Of a stretch of DNA of 64,000 nt, positions 27,369-41,340 are shown in pieces. The stretch comes from Marsupella aquatica. Lineage: Eukaryota > Plantae > Marchantiophyta. Under the pieces are notes generated by a model. It did not search any database, had not been told where the DNA came from, and worked only from the letters and a program-made list of their open reading frames with translations. Positions within the stretch are counted from its first letter, which is position 1; each line of letters opens with the position of its first letter. The position numbers and the translations under genes were made by a program. The stretch is taken from NCBI GenBank assembly GCA_973895155.1, contig OZ316898.1, forward strand, positions 16,852,652 to 16,916,651, read 5' to 3'.

Positions 27369-27846
27369 GTTTCCAATGAGCCTCAAATTGACAAATTTTG
27401 TCAAGTTCCATATGAGTTTTTGAATTTCTTTGCCTTTCCAATGAGTGTGAGTATAATAAATTTTGATCATGAGTTCATGAATTCTTTTAGCTTTCTAACA
27501 TTGAATCCGACATTGACAAATTCATGTCAGATTTTGTCACGGTACTCAAGAGATCAGGCAATTTTCAATCTCTTTAGCTTCTAATGTGTGACATTGAGAT
27601 TATTTGTCAAGAAATAGAGAGATCATGAGTATCTAAATTTCTCTAGCTTTCCAATGAACCTAACATTGATAGATTTTGTCAAGTACTAAGGAGATGATGA
27701 GTTTTTAATTTTACTCTAACTTTCTAATGAGTGTGACATTGAGATTTTATCACGACATTACTAAAGAGATCATGAGTTTCTAAATCTTGATCTTGAATTT
27801 TCCAATGAATCAAACATTGACAGATTTTATCAAGTACTAAGGAGAT
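27369..27846. repeat. Degenerate minisatellite of about 70 bp
   Basis: Recurrent TTTCYAATGA...ACATTGA...ATTTTRTCA...GAGAT(C)ATGAGT, roughly 7 copies. Confidence 0.8.
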
Positions 27847-28266
27847 TTATTATTTAGTTTTACAATGTGAAGCCAAAGGGATTTTAACTATGTACATTTA
27901 CAATTAAAAAATACAAGCATTTTGATATAAAACACTGATATATCTTTGACAAACATCAAAATGGTAACTTTGTTTTACTAAATGACATCTCTTCCTTTGT
28001 ATTTTGGTTTTTGTTACGTTTAATATTTACGGCATGGCGCCCCAAAAATTACATTGCTTTTGTCACAAACAGGAATGTGCACATTTGTTATTGCTAAAAG
28101 TAGGATCATTCCTGTTTGTGGCTGGTTGTGGTGATGTGGAGCAACCTCATGGCAGAGAATTTGCAAGAGACCCCTAATGGGGGTCCGTAAAAACAATTCC
28201 TAGGAATATTCTAGAAAATAAATAAATTCTACAACACTAGCTTAAGAACTTTTGTGCTCTTATACA

Positions 28267-28269
<3 letters not shown>

Positions 28270-28320
<51 letters not shown>
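28270..28320. repeat. (TA)n microsatellite
   Basis: About 25 uninterrupted TA units. Confidence 0.98.
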
Positions 28321-28322
<2 letters not shown>

Positions 28323-28920
28323 CACTGACCCCAATTAAAAGCCCTTTATCTTTATGCAAGCAAGGTTGGAAGAAAAAAGTGAAGACCTTGGTATATTAGA
28401 TCTCTACTCTTAAATTCTGAGTGGTGCATATCTGGTTTTTATAAACCGTGCACAAGAAATTGGGTGACCCGATCTACTGAACGTCTTTTGGCACCTAGAA
28501 AGTGTCAATGAGTGAAGGTAGAAAAAGTGTCAGGGTCCATGAGTGTTGCCGACCTGTCTCATGGGAGCATTATTTTGACAAAGTAATGCTATTGGGTATA
28601 AATTTAATTGAGATGTCGAAACCAACAAACAAAAAGACGGCCGATGGTGTTCGTGAAGGGATTTTGTTTGTCTTATTGCTTAATTGGTAGGGGTCAGGTG
28701 TACTATGCTGTTTTCCTCCAAGTTTCGACAAACGTTTAACCCAAAACATTTGCAACAGTGACCTCCTTGTATTTTAGTGGACGGGCAAGGACTGTAACTT
28801 CTAGCAGCCCAGACGGGCAGCGGGATTATTTGAGGGGCTGGGAATCCTGGATGCATCATAGAGTGAACTTTGAACTGGAGGAAGGAAGGGTGTGGCATAG
28901 GAAAGCTGGGTAAAGTTATT

Positions 28921-29201
28921 TATACTAATTGCGTACGAGTCACTCTAATTACAGGTTATATGAAGTCACCTATTTGGTCTCACTAATTGCGTTGTACGCC
29001 TTCAACATTACACACTGACAATCAAAGTATAAAACATGATTCAAGGGGACTCTCAATACAAAGTAAAATGTGTGACTTAACATACTTAATTAGTTATTAG
29101 TGTGATTAGAAATAAATGTTCACACAATTTAGTGTGAGTCACTCTAATTTAAGTTTGGTGTCACATTAAGTATATACTCACATTATCTAAAGTGGACAGT
29201 G
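28921..29201. mobile_element. Partial second copy of the CACTG/TA MITE
   Basis: Shares CTCTCAATACAAAGTAAA, CATACTTAATTAG and AATGTTCACACAATT with 12448-12591, and ends GTGGACAGTG|TA. Confidence 0.7.
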
Positions 29202-31258
29202 TAGTGTATGTTACTCCAAGTGACAACAAAGTTTCAACCCAAAAACAGTTGTGACATATAATGCTCTTAAAAACACTTTTACTAATTTTATGAAAAGTAA
29301 ATGAGAGCCTTCCTAAAGAGATGACGCATAACACTAAGTAAGAACAGTGTAATTGTTGTAGAAGATTGGAATTTGTAGCGCCCAGTAGCTTGTAGTGGGC
29401 ACATCGGAGGGAAGGGTCCAGACTCCAGAGGAGGGTGCTTTCAAGTCGGGGCTAAACTAACGGGACCTGGGTGGAGTTAGTGGGGTCGAAGGCATTGGAA
29501 CAACACGATGTGGGTGAGCATTAATTCACTGCCCAAAGCCAGAACTCGGTCCACTCTCGATGGGCTTTCCCTTGTGCCGCTAAGTGCAGGGGTGGTTCCA
29601 AAGGACAACTTACTCCTGCCTGTTGATACCCTGTTCCCAATTTCCCCATTTAGGTGTTATTAGTTTGGCATCAGCTCAAGCATTCAATCATGATGATTAT
29701 GGTACGGTACTGTACTGTACTTGAATAATAAATATTGATAGGTGTTCTAAACATTGCCCAGGTTATGCCAAACATCGTGGATATGATTATTGGTTAGTGG
29801 TCGTATATCAGTTAGAGTAATTTTAAATTGTTTTTTCTATCGAAGTGGATTACAGACAGATACTGTAGAGTATTTGGGAACCACCGACCTCTGAATCTTT
29901 GCCAGTGTTAACAACACCGGGATGACCTTTTACTCAATGGAGACTTTTGGGCTTCTTGGGGTCTTTTCGGTTCCCTTTTCCTGCTTTATTGGGTCTTTGG
30001 CCTTTCGAATCCTTCCTCCAGGCTTGGCATTTCTGCTATGATAGATATGTGTAGATTGAGTCAAATCATTTTTCTGCTGTTTTGAGTGGACGGGGTAGCA
30101 TCCAGAACAAACATTGGGCAACCCAGCAAGAAAATAGCATTCTTGGGGGACCCCAAAAATTTGAGGTGGATTAGAAGTGAATTTGCTCATCCACTTGGAA
30201 ATTAGAATCTCTAAAACTTCAGCCTAACATAGAATCACAAAATGATAATTTTCTACATTTATGGGATTTCATTAAATGAATAGTCACTAGTGCACAATGG
30301 CTGTCCATGTCAGTGTTTCCTTGTTACCGCGGTGCAGCCGGGTTGACAGCATATACTGCTGGAACCATGCTGGCGACAGGGTTGAATGCATGCTTGAAGA
30401 AGCTAGAGAGAGTAGTACAAGCATGTACTTTGGATTTCTCATAAATATGTACACCCTCAAACTAAATGAAATGGGTACAATAACACTCTGTCAAGCCGAT
30501 ATTCTGGCTTATAATCGCCAAGGGTGATTCTAAGTCAGAGCACCCAACTTGATTGGGTGTCAACAAACTCAAACCGACAAGGACGTTTTTGAAATACAAC
30601 TCGATGATAGTGACATTTTTGCCTTTCTGTCCTACCAAAGCTCTTACATCCACCAGCCTGGCCTGTAATATGAATTGAGCTGAAAACATGCAAACATCAT
30701 TCTGTCTTGTAGGCATACAGCAATAGAAAGAGCAAATATCTGGAATGGTTTAAAGCACAGTGGCACTACAGAAAGGGACCCTGCCCCTAACTGGTCATTA
30801 TTCATTTGTCAAGGTCAACAGTAGACCAACCGAATAGGCTCCCACTAAATTATCATCATAAGACCCTCATACCATAAAGCATGGTTACTTGCTCTCTTGA
30901 AAAATATGAGTTATTTTAGATGCAATCAATTGTGGAGTGTATATCTCTACTCATCTATATTCTGAGCCATAGATCCTCCTAGTTGGTGAACTATTGAGAT
31001 GACACTTATACTCAGAAATCCCCCCAAATAAGGTATTTCGACTGTATAGATGAGTTTATTCCATGTGAAATAAGTTACACCAAGTATTCCATAACACATA
31101 TTAAACTGCCAAAAAACAAAAGGCATCCAACCCAAAAACGTCATCCCAGGCAAACTACCCAATCCAGGTGAGACAACCATATAGAGCCAAAAGTGCAAAC
31201 AAACTAACTTGTGGTGTAATAGTGCATCTTGTTGAGCAAAGACAACTTTCACAACCCA

Positions 31259-31550
31259 TGATCATCCAACGCACAAGTAGTCAACATAGATAGATATGTG
31301 ATTTGCTTTAGTTGAGGCTACATCCATGGGAACACACTAGAGATTTATTACACTCTAAGTCTATCAGTCATACCAAGTTCCTGCAGTACAAGATCCCCCC
31401 CTCTCTCAACTGGCTTCATAACAATGAGCCCGAGTAACACTGCTTGGGGATGTAGTGTGCAACATAGTTAACCAAACCTAGTTTGTGACAAATGTCAGCC
31501 CTAACTATGGTTACAGGCATAACCCTAGACCTAGGAGTAAATGCCTAACA
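31259..31550 (-). mobile_element. Solo-LTR-like repeat, copy 2
   Basis: Minus strand begins TGTTAGGCATTTAC and ends in CA. Homologous to 4961-5272. Confidence 0.5.
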
Positions 31551-34500
31551 CATCTCAAAGCTTCATAGTTACCGGATCATGGTTTTGCTCACCTCTTTTC
31601 ATAGAAGGATTTAGAAGTTTTTTCCTTAGCAATCTCTAGAGTGACTAACGGTCACGGCACATGATCAATCTTAATTCATGGCCAAAAGTTATGGATCATG
31701 AATTAGGTAGTGCATGACTTTTGCTGTCAAAAATCTTAACTATTAGGTGAAAGCCTGTCAAGTTTAAATGTTTTAAACCCCCTAGTGGAACCCTGTGGTT
31801 TAATGTTTAGAGAGCATTGACAGTTGTCATTCATATGGTCTCTGCTTCAAACTCGTGGACTAGTGTCTGCTGCCCCAGATAGAATATTGGAGGTCTTCAC
31901 TAGAGAGTTCATTACTTTGGCTAACTTTGGAGCAAGGAAGAAGGAAGCACCCACCTTTAGCAGAGTGGTAGACGCGGCCAAATGTGGACATTATCTCATC
32001 AAACATTCTATGGTTTATGAGTGTCACAGGCAGCTACTGTATTTTTAAGTCAACGGTCCTTTAGTCGCACCTGCATTGTAATGTCGTGTTTTTGCCGGCA
32101 GGAAGCTTTGATTGGAAGCAAAGTTCAATACAAAACATAGCAATATTTGTTATATACAAGATATAAATATTCCTCTGGCATAAACAGGACAAGGTATAAA
32201 TCTTGAGCTATATTCAGGACAAAACATAGCAATATTTGTCCAATTAATTTCTCCCATTGCAGCCAAACTGTTTTGAGGTGTTGGAGCCAGAACAATTATT
32301 ATGAAGAACAATGTTGCCAGTCTTAGATCCAACAGTGATTGACTGTGGACCCTCAACAAATAACTGAAGCATATTTGTTGGTGAGGTTAGAGAATTCTCA
32401 AGGGCCATCAACAACCAGCAATTCAATGTAAGTCACCTTCTGAAATAATGCTCCTAGTTGTGAGGTTTGTTCCTGCAAGAATGCCTCTCCTTATCCTTGC
32501 TTGATACAGAAGCGCCGAGGAAATGGAAGGAGGTTGAAGAACATGCAATGACCCCAATATCATGGTGCTTGCTTGTCGTACTGACTAAGACCATTGAGAT
32601 TGCTACAGTAGATTGCTAAATTTACTGGCTGACATAAAGCATGTGCATGCTCTGGCCTCACAGATCTTTGAAGTTTTGGATGTGTATGCACCTGACTTTC
32701 AAGGTGTGTTATCAGGTTATTGGGTAGGAGCAAAGAGGGTAATGAATCATCCTTCACATTATCGCATCATATATAGTTGCCTCAATACTTGGGTGCTCTA
32801 TCACCAAACACATGCTAAGCTCGACGCCTAGGACACCTTACAAAACATACTTCAGCCTTTTCTCTTTTGGCATCCAATGTTGAAGTGTATTATAGATTTA
32901 ATTAGCTAACTCAGTCTTTTACCATACACATTGTCCAGGTGTTATATCAAATGAGTGACCAAGGGGTACTGTTTTTGAATTATTGGCCTATGTGTTGTGG
33001 TCAAGTCTCAAAGATGACATTTTGGTTTTAAAGGAGACATCATTACAATTAAGAAGCTATGTTGTGCTTGAATTTGGGATGATGTTGTGTTTAAGTATTG
33101 ACTCAAAATTCTTATCAGAGTATTTGTTTTCAAATTGATAGCCTATTTTTAGGGTGGGGGTCTCACTATATGGAGACCTCCCCATCACCTGCAATGTTTT
33201 AAGGTCTTGGACCCCCTAAAATCAAAGGATTTTTTGTAACCCTTACAAATTATTTGATTAAAAATACACTAGTGGGCTTATAAGTCTCAAAATTGGATTC
33301 AAAATACCCTATTGTTCTTTTGAAAAAATTCTTAAGTCTCCCCTTAGAACCAATAAAACGACCATATCCTTTGTCGCACGGGATATGTCATATTTGTGAA
33401 AATGAACTAGTCACAACGCCCACTTTGAACACAATGCCCTAGCAGAGTGTTAATGGGATGTAGTTTTCAGAAGAAAAAAACTTCCGTTTAGTGGGATAGT
33501 TTTTGACAATTTGACATGGTGGTGTTGTGTTTGGTGGAAGACTTTAACTTTGAACTTACCAGAGGACTGATATATATATTTTGTTAGATTGTTAACTCAA
33601 GGGAATGTGACTTCCAAATTGCTCATGCTGGGTCAGTTCAAACTTAAATTCCATACCTATGGGAACAAACAGAGTCACTAAATATAGTCATGGAGAGTCA
33701 AATGACATATGAAGGTGGTTGTCAGACACGGTACAAACACTAGAATTATAATCAAATTAGTTTAAACATCCAGGAAAGTAAAACTAAATCTACTGTGTAA
33801 CTAGTGGGGAGTGCTCATTTACTGGCCAAGAGGTCTCAAGTTCAGGTCAAGCTACATCCTGCTTTGCATTCATCTGCCTCTATGTAACTGAAAACATGGG
33901 GCTCATGAAGGTCTTTGGGAGTGGGGAGCATAGTAAGCCCTAGACCCAGGTACCCACCAATGGGTACATTAGGGCATCTCAAAGCCTGGCATTAACAGGG
34001 TATGGCCCTCTCACAATTCCAGTAGCACAAGAACTCTTGTAAAAGTTATGGGAGTCAATCTTCAGCCATCGTAAGGAAAACCCCTACGTTCAAGACTTAA
34101 CCTGTAACCTGCCTGTAACTTTCTTGCAACGCAAATCCAGAAATCCAAAATTCCAGCACTCTGGAACTCCGCAAAGTTGCAACTGCAGGCACATGGGTTT
34201 TGCGTCTGACATGGTGATGATTGCTGCATTTGAGGTTGTGGCTTATGAAAAAAGGAGGAAAAAATATAGGCTATGGGACAAGTGAGGCCATAACTCCTGC
34301 CTTATGGGGTGGGTCAATGCTACCTCTCCCCATTTTGAAAATTCCATAATTGGGTTCCATAACCGGAATTATGGGATATACCACAAATCCATAACTTTTC
34401 CTAATCACCCAACTTTAAGAAGTCCTATTGGGCATGGGTGACAAGGAAGGCAGCCAGGAAAGAGGTTTTGGAAGCACTTGTTTGCCATCCAAGTAAAGTA

Positions 34501-37500
34501 ATTTTGTGGTTGTAAATGTAGGGTTGGTGATGCTTTGAAAGTGGAATGGACACACATGCAGGAAAATGTTATTACTTGCATTTTTAAGACTATTTCTCAC
34601 ATGGTGGGTGCAGTAAATTGAAAGCATAGCTTTCAATCTTTAAGCATCTCACATGTATGGCAGGGATTTAGGGACCTTGGTTTGAGTGTACATACTACAG
34701 TAGAGCATTTGTATCTTGGCGAGATCGTTAGAATGTAACTAATGAAGGGAGAGGAGCAGCTTAGAAGCAAGTCAGTATCTCGATGAGAACTTTAGATCCT
34801 AACTAATAAATTTGAGATGAGAAGCTACTTCAATGCTTTTGGTCTTAAAAAGTGAAGCTTCTTTACCCTGAATTTAAGGATGCAGCAGGGGTTGAGAGGG
34901 TTGAGTGTGTATTTGACATGAACAGACGTAGTATAGGTTTTATCTCTCTCTCTCTCTTCACCCTGACTGAAGGGGTGCAATATTAGTTGAGGGTGGGGTT
35001 ATGACGTGAATGGTCTAAGTAGGTATGAACCGCAACTTAGGTTCAAAACTGAGGTTCAAAAGAACTGCTAATTAGGCTAGTGTTCGAGGATTGTCGTTAT
35101 AGATGTTCATTGGCTTTGTGTCAGGCCGCAAGTTCATTAATAGAGAGGATTCTTTAATTAATACTAACAAGGTCTGCATTCGTACTTCTGCTGGTTGTAG
35201 TAATCACAAATTGATCCTGAATTGATGGTGAAATATACCAAAAGGAAATTGTGAAACGTCCTCAACCTTCGATGTGTATTCATTATACTCTTCCATTAAT
35301 TAATCAATCGGTACGCACAGCCGCACAGGATTGGACAACGTTAGAGTAGATGTGATTGAAGGGCAAACGAATTTGAAATTTAGTGCATATTATCTATAAG
35401 TTATGGCAGATAAATGAAATCGAACCATTGATGGAGAATAGCACTGATGGAAGCTAGGTATGCCACGTCTGCTAAGTTCATGCAGATAACCTTTGATGTG
35501 TGATTCGTGAAAGCCCATCTCACGAGACTGGCTGATTAATGACTAAAGTCCCAGTGATAGTAAATACCCTGCATATTATAGTGATCATCAAAGAATTCAA
35601 AGTGTTGTGGATTGGGTGAGGAGGGCTTTCATTAGCTAATGGGGCCCTAAGTGGTGGAATGAGATTGTTACTAAAGGGGGCTTGCCACCATAGTACCACG
35701 CTTTTATACTTTGTTATTACGCTCAGAGAATGCCATAAAGAGCCGATTGATTGTGCCTTGCTCCAACTCTGACAATCTCGAAATCTGACTTGTAAAAGTG
35801 CAAGTTCATTAATCGAGCCAAGATAACAATGCTTACTACAGTAGTTAAGTTGACGTACTGTAGTTAGTTGGGATCTGCCCATACAATGTTGGTCTAAAAT
35901 GTGGATGTGTGATAAAGTTGTCTGGAAAATTAAAAACCATAGTGTTAACTTGGGTCACGATTTTGAAGGGCAAGAAGTGAGTTATACTCGCTTTATACAT
36001 TTGCAGTTGGCAATCTTTCTCTTTGAGAAAGTCTTGTGAGTAGTGTGTTTGGTACTTCGTATATACCTGTGCATGCATGTGTTTATCGCCTATTCCACTT
36101 AACACCATGTTGGTTTGGCGCGTTTCTCCTCATGTAAAGTTTTTGTGGCTGTCATGTCGAGAATTTACTCTCTATTTTCCAAAACTGCTTGCATATTTTT
36201 CCAGCCACTGTCTTTGAGAGATCATTTTTTCATTATTTACGCAAACCAAATTACAATTGCAGCATTAAAATTTTCACAATTTATAATGAGAATGCAGCTC
36301 ACATGACATGGATATGATGCCATTAAGGTGACTGAGACTGGTCTCCTTTGCAACTAAAAATTTACAACTGTCTTGATTTGTAGCCCAACTACATGCTATG
36401 GATGATACAAGTGAACTTCCTTGATTGTGTAGTCTATATACTTATGTGTCCAACACTTTCCATATTTAATGTGGGATGTATTTCGCTCTCCTGCTGATCG
36501 TGCAAAAAATATAATCACATGCTGTTTGATATGTGCACAATTCTCTCATTGCACTGGAAATGGCCTCTCCCAATCCTCTCTAGTGCCTTTTCCAAGTCCT
36601 AAGCAATTAGGGAGGTCCACATCCAAGTGCAAGCAAGGTCACCAACCAGCACATGGGAAAGGATGGGAAACAAAAGCATTAAGAAAAAGCAGGGCATGCC
36701 AAATTCTTAATGTATTGCAAAAATTAGGGCTTAAGAAAATTTGAGTAAGCCAATTCTATCTATGAGGTATGGGGCAGTGGACAAAGCTGCACATTGGCTT
36801 TGCTTCTGACATGGTCATGACTGCTGCATTTGCGGTGGTGACTGATCAAGAATGAAGGAAAAAGAAGATATGCTACAAGACAAAGGTGAGGTCGCAACTC
36901 AAGCCTTGTGGGACTTTGCATGTACCAACTTTTTAATTTTACAAGCTGGGTTGATGCTGGGACAATGTTTCACATTGGCACCTTGATGGACCAAACACTT
37001 GTTTCCAACCAGAAGAGTGACTTGATTAAAAAATAGTCCATGCGGTTGCAGTTGTCCATCAAAGCACCTTGTCAAATATTTCCATGTGGTTGGTTCTAAG
37101 GTCCCAGAGGCAGCCAAGACATGAGCACTACCTCCCATGTGGTTGTCTCTAAATTTGTCTAATATGGTCCCAAATAAAGAGTTCACAGCAGCATGATCAG
37201 TGCCAATGTTAAAATAGCAAATTAGACAAATTGTCACCCAATATACCCCACAGCTAAGGAAGCAAAAAGCGAGTGGGAGGCCAGTGTTTTCAAACCCCAG
37301 AGCCCATGTTGTATTAAACCATGGTTGCGACTATTAAAGTGAGTGGAAATACTTGATGGTGGAACTTGTGGTTTAACTTTAAAATGGGGACAAGTCTCAC
37401 AAAGTCAAATGGTACTACACCGTGATAAAAAGGCCTTCAGTACTTTATATGGGAACCTTTAGCTTCACTTTTATATTCTATGGGAACAAAGCAAACCGAC

Positions 37501-40034
37501 TATAAATCAACGAGGAGTAGTTCACTTTGGAGGTTGCAGTTTAACATACAGAAAGAACGCAAATGGGACTAAATCCCGCTCTGAAAGGGTGTCAAGTAGA
37601 TTGTATGGCAAGTTGGAGTTTAACTTAGATGGAGAACTCAGATAGGAATGAATTCCACTGTAAAAGGGGGTCTCGAGTTTTTTATACGTAACTTGTAGTT
37701 TCACTTAAATGGAAACTATTGTCATGAAACGAGAAATATTCATATTTCCAAAAGAGGCATGAGTTGTAGATCTTGGGTTCAAATCTTGTAACTGGCTTGT
37801 GTTGCCTCCTTTTCAGCGGGGTCACTATTTCTACTTAAAAAGAAGAGAAGGAAATAAAGAACAAATACTCATATTGAATGGAATTGAATTCCTCCATAAA
37901 AGGCTGGGGAGCGGTTTACAGCGGAATTTTTAGTTAAATTTAAATGGAGAATTGAACTCAGATTAAATCCGACTATAAAATCGTTCTCGAGTATATTTTA
38001 TGGGAACTTGTAGTCTAACTGAATTGGATCTCTCACAACAGTACCCCACTATAAAAGGGATCTCGAGTATTTTATATTGTAACTTGTAGGTTAACTTAAT
38101 TCGATGGAAAGTCTCACGAAAGGACCCCACTATTAAACGGCGGTTCGTCCGGATCCTTTTTCCTTGCTTGTCTTGAATGCCACTAACGTATCCTACTTTC
38201 AGTGACATGGAGTGCCATTTAACAAACACGCATTTGGACGCTCAGTTTAGCTTTAGACAAAAAAGATACTCTACCCGAGACCCCAGTAGTGCATTCCGCT
38301 GTTTTTTGCAAGCAGCCGAATTAGAGTCGCACAACTGTAGCACGACCGTCCAATACTAAGACCAGCCGAGGAAGCATGGAATTATTTATTGGGCGAGCGA
38401 TCAGCGGGCCGGAAACAGGGAAACTCAAATTCCCAGCGCCAGAGTAATAAATAATTAATTCTCAAACCGTGCCCGCTTGGAACCCGTTCCCGGGCACTTT
38501 GTCCTGTCTCGCCTCTGCCCGGCGGTTCATCTTCCGGCGCGATAGCGTCTAGCTACTAAGTAAGTTTAGTGTCACTGCCCTCCTAATGAACATGCTATAT
38601 GTGCACACCAGCGTATAGGTTTTTCTCTTTTATAACCTGTTTGATTTGATTTGAAATAGAACAATTTAAGCAGATTAAACCCTGGAAAAATGATTCATGC
38701 ATATTTGCCTTGAAAAGAACCATAATATATAACAAAGGAAAAATAATTATACTGAAGGGAAAATATAAGAGGTTTAAAGAGGACAAAAACAAATGAATAG
38801 GAAAAAGGCAAATGCACCTGGGAAAGAATAAGAGGGAATCAAACACATAGAAATCCATTTAATGAAAGTTGCACAATAGTTTTGTGAAATTGCTATGAAC
38901 AGAAATGGACTCTTGAGAATTTGACTTGCTTTTCTAAACTTGGGCTTGGTTAATTAATTAAAGTCTACTCAAGAAGTGAGGATCGACAGCTGATAATTAC
39001 TGTACATGCAGTGAGACAGAGAGTGTATTGGGTTCAGACACATGTGCAGATATGTTGCATTCAACTCCTTCATTTCGAAACGTTTTCTAGAAAGTTTGGT
39101 TCAAAATTACGCCAGGTTTCAAACAAAACATCAGTGAATGGATAGGGTTGTTGATTCCTAATATTTTAAAGGATTGCTGACCCTCAGATTTTCCAAAATT
39201 TAAGGAGAACGATTCGATTCTAGAGAGTAGGATATCTTGGTAGGCAAGAAAGTGGCTAATTATTGAGCAAAAGCGTCTAATAGGTTTTATTGGAGCGTAC
39301 TTTTATCGAACCTTCCTACTTGGGAAAATACTATGGTACAAACTTTACACCATTCCAAACGGGCCGGAAAATAAACTTCGTTTCAGCTTCCCAAATCTAT
39401 TTTCAAAAAGAGGGGCACTTTTTAAAATGTTGGAAGCAGGCTCTTAATTATTATTGAGTTGTGTAATTAGAATTGCCGCGTGTTTGTGTTCGTGCCTCTG
39501 CCCGCCGGGCTGGCTGCCCGGATGCGAGGCGAGAGCGGGCAGAAGTGTAAGCTTTTCGCTGCCCGTTGCGTGACACGAAACATGGTCTTCGTTCGTACCG
39601 TAATAATTATGCCGCGACGTCGCGTTTTTTGTTACCTGAGCGCGTGGTTCGCAGGCTGGAGCCAGCGGGCTGCCCCGGGATGCCTTCCAGTCAGGACTCC
39701 GGGCAGAGGACAAAACGTTTCCCGGGCAGGGCAGGCTGTATCACGGTCCCGGGCTGGCCCGTCAGAGAACCCCTGGTCGGTATAGCTGGAGAGGGGGCAG
39801 CCTTGACCCAGCACGCCGCCTTGCCCGTGTCCAAAATAATACTTCTACACTAGTGTCATCCAATCGCTATTCCCTCATGACTTAATTTGCACTTGAGTAA
39901 ATAAGCGAAGATCATAGGATTATTCTCTCGTTTGCGTTCGAAATTTAGTGCTCTAAAATTTATCACCAATAAGTTAAAATAGGATGGTCTTAGAATGGGC
40001 TAGCTATATAACTAAAATTGAGAGTACTAGTGGA

Positions 40035-40440
40035 AAGTAAGGTAGTGTGAGTCTGAAAATGATGCAAAAATCTAGGGTCGTGTTCAAAGTTTACATCGCA
40101 CAGGTTAAGGGCCGAGAGTGAAATATCTAGACAATGACTGTTGAGTGTCAATAAAATTGAGTGTGCAGATGGAAATTAATGATTGGGGGTAGGGTGAATC
40201 TCTGAAAATGGTGAAAGAATCTCCTCACATCTATTTAGGTTCAAAGAAATGTATTTAGACTATCTTTGGTTAAAAATGCATACTACTCTCATATTTAATT
40301 TCAAAACCAATAGGATAGAGTTTCCAAGGAAAAACACTGCGTAGAGTGAGTAGTTGTAACGAAGAGACTTAGAGAGGGTAAGGTGAGTCTCTGGAAATGA
40401 TGCAAAAATCTCCTCACATCCATTCAGGTTCAAAGAAACC
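40035..40440. repeat. Degenerate tandem repeat (about 150-190 bp) upstream of the CSLA promoter
   Basis: GGGTARGGTGARTCTCTGRAAATGRTG...AATCTCCTCACATCYATTYAGGTTCAAAGAAA at about 40187 and 40376, partial at about 40041. Confidence 0.75.
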
Positions 40441-40679
40441 CATTGGCACTAATTTTGCAAGTGATTTTCTAGTAAATGATGCAAGTGATTTTCATTTTTA
40501 AAAATTATAGACATATATCGAGTCCTTGCAGCAATGACACGTAGAAACCCATTCACAATGGTCGTGGTAAATAAGAGCACCATTCGTAAAATTTAAGTGA
40601 TAAAGCTATTATTACCACAAGGCCTAAAATGGTTTGCTTAGTGTGGCGCACATAATTAAGTAGTTTTTTGCATGATCCG

Positions 40680-41340
40680 AGATGGGCCTACGGCACTCTG
40701 GCAGCAGGGGTCGGGTCGGGGCGCGTCGCGACGTCCAGATGGCCGGCTGCGATTGCGGGCGCCCGCTTGACCGTGAGCGGGGGCCCTCGATTGGCTGGGG
40801 GCCGGCGGGGGCGAGGGTGACCTGGAGCGGAGGGAGCGCAGGGGAGAGGCAGTTTGACGGTAACGGGACGGAGCGGGGAGCGGGGAACGGGGAGGGAGAG
40901 GGGAGAAAATTGTGGCTGTTGCGAAGTTGAACGAAAAGGACCGGGCACCGGCAACGTTGGGCCGATCCGTCGGTCCGATTGCGCGTCCAGTGGGTCGTCG
41001 GGTGGACGGTCCGCGGTGAGTTGTGTCATATTGTGTGTGTGGGACTGTGGGTGCCAGGCTCGGGTCTGGGCAGACAGACGGAAAGCTGGCTAGCTGGCCT
41101 TGGGCTGGACTGGCTTGGGGTGGCCAGAGGTGGTGGCCCCGGGCAGGGGAGGCCCCAAGGGGGAGCGCAAGGAAGGTGCGAATCAAGTGAGAGGGAGGGG
41201 GCTTTCTGAGGAGACAGAAAGCCAGCTTTTGGTGAGAGGGAGGGAGGGAAAGGGAGGAGATCGTCGAGAGAAGGAGGAAGGAAGAGGAGGAGGGAGGGCG
41301 AGGCATATAATTGTTGGCCCACCGTGTGCGTTCGGTATCA
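40680..41340 (+). promoter_or_regulatory. GC/CpG-rich promoter of CSLA with TATA-like box and initiator
   Basis: Sharp rise in GC and CpG relative to the flanks. Reverse CCAAT (GATTGG) near 40790, purine-rich tract 41170-41300, TATAAT near 41305 and TCAGTC Inr-like site near 41338. Confidence 0.5.

Noticed and set aside
29373-29650. LTR starting TGTAGCGCCC
   Set aside because: No matching second LTR, CA end or TSD could be located; insufficient support.
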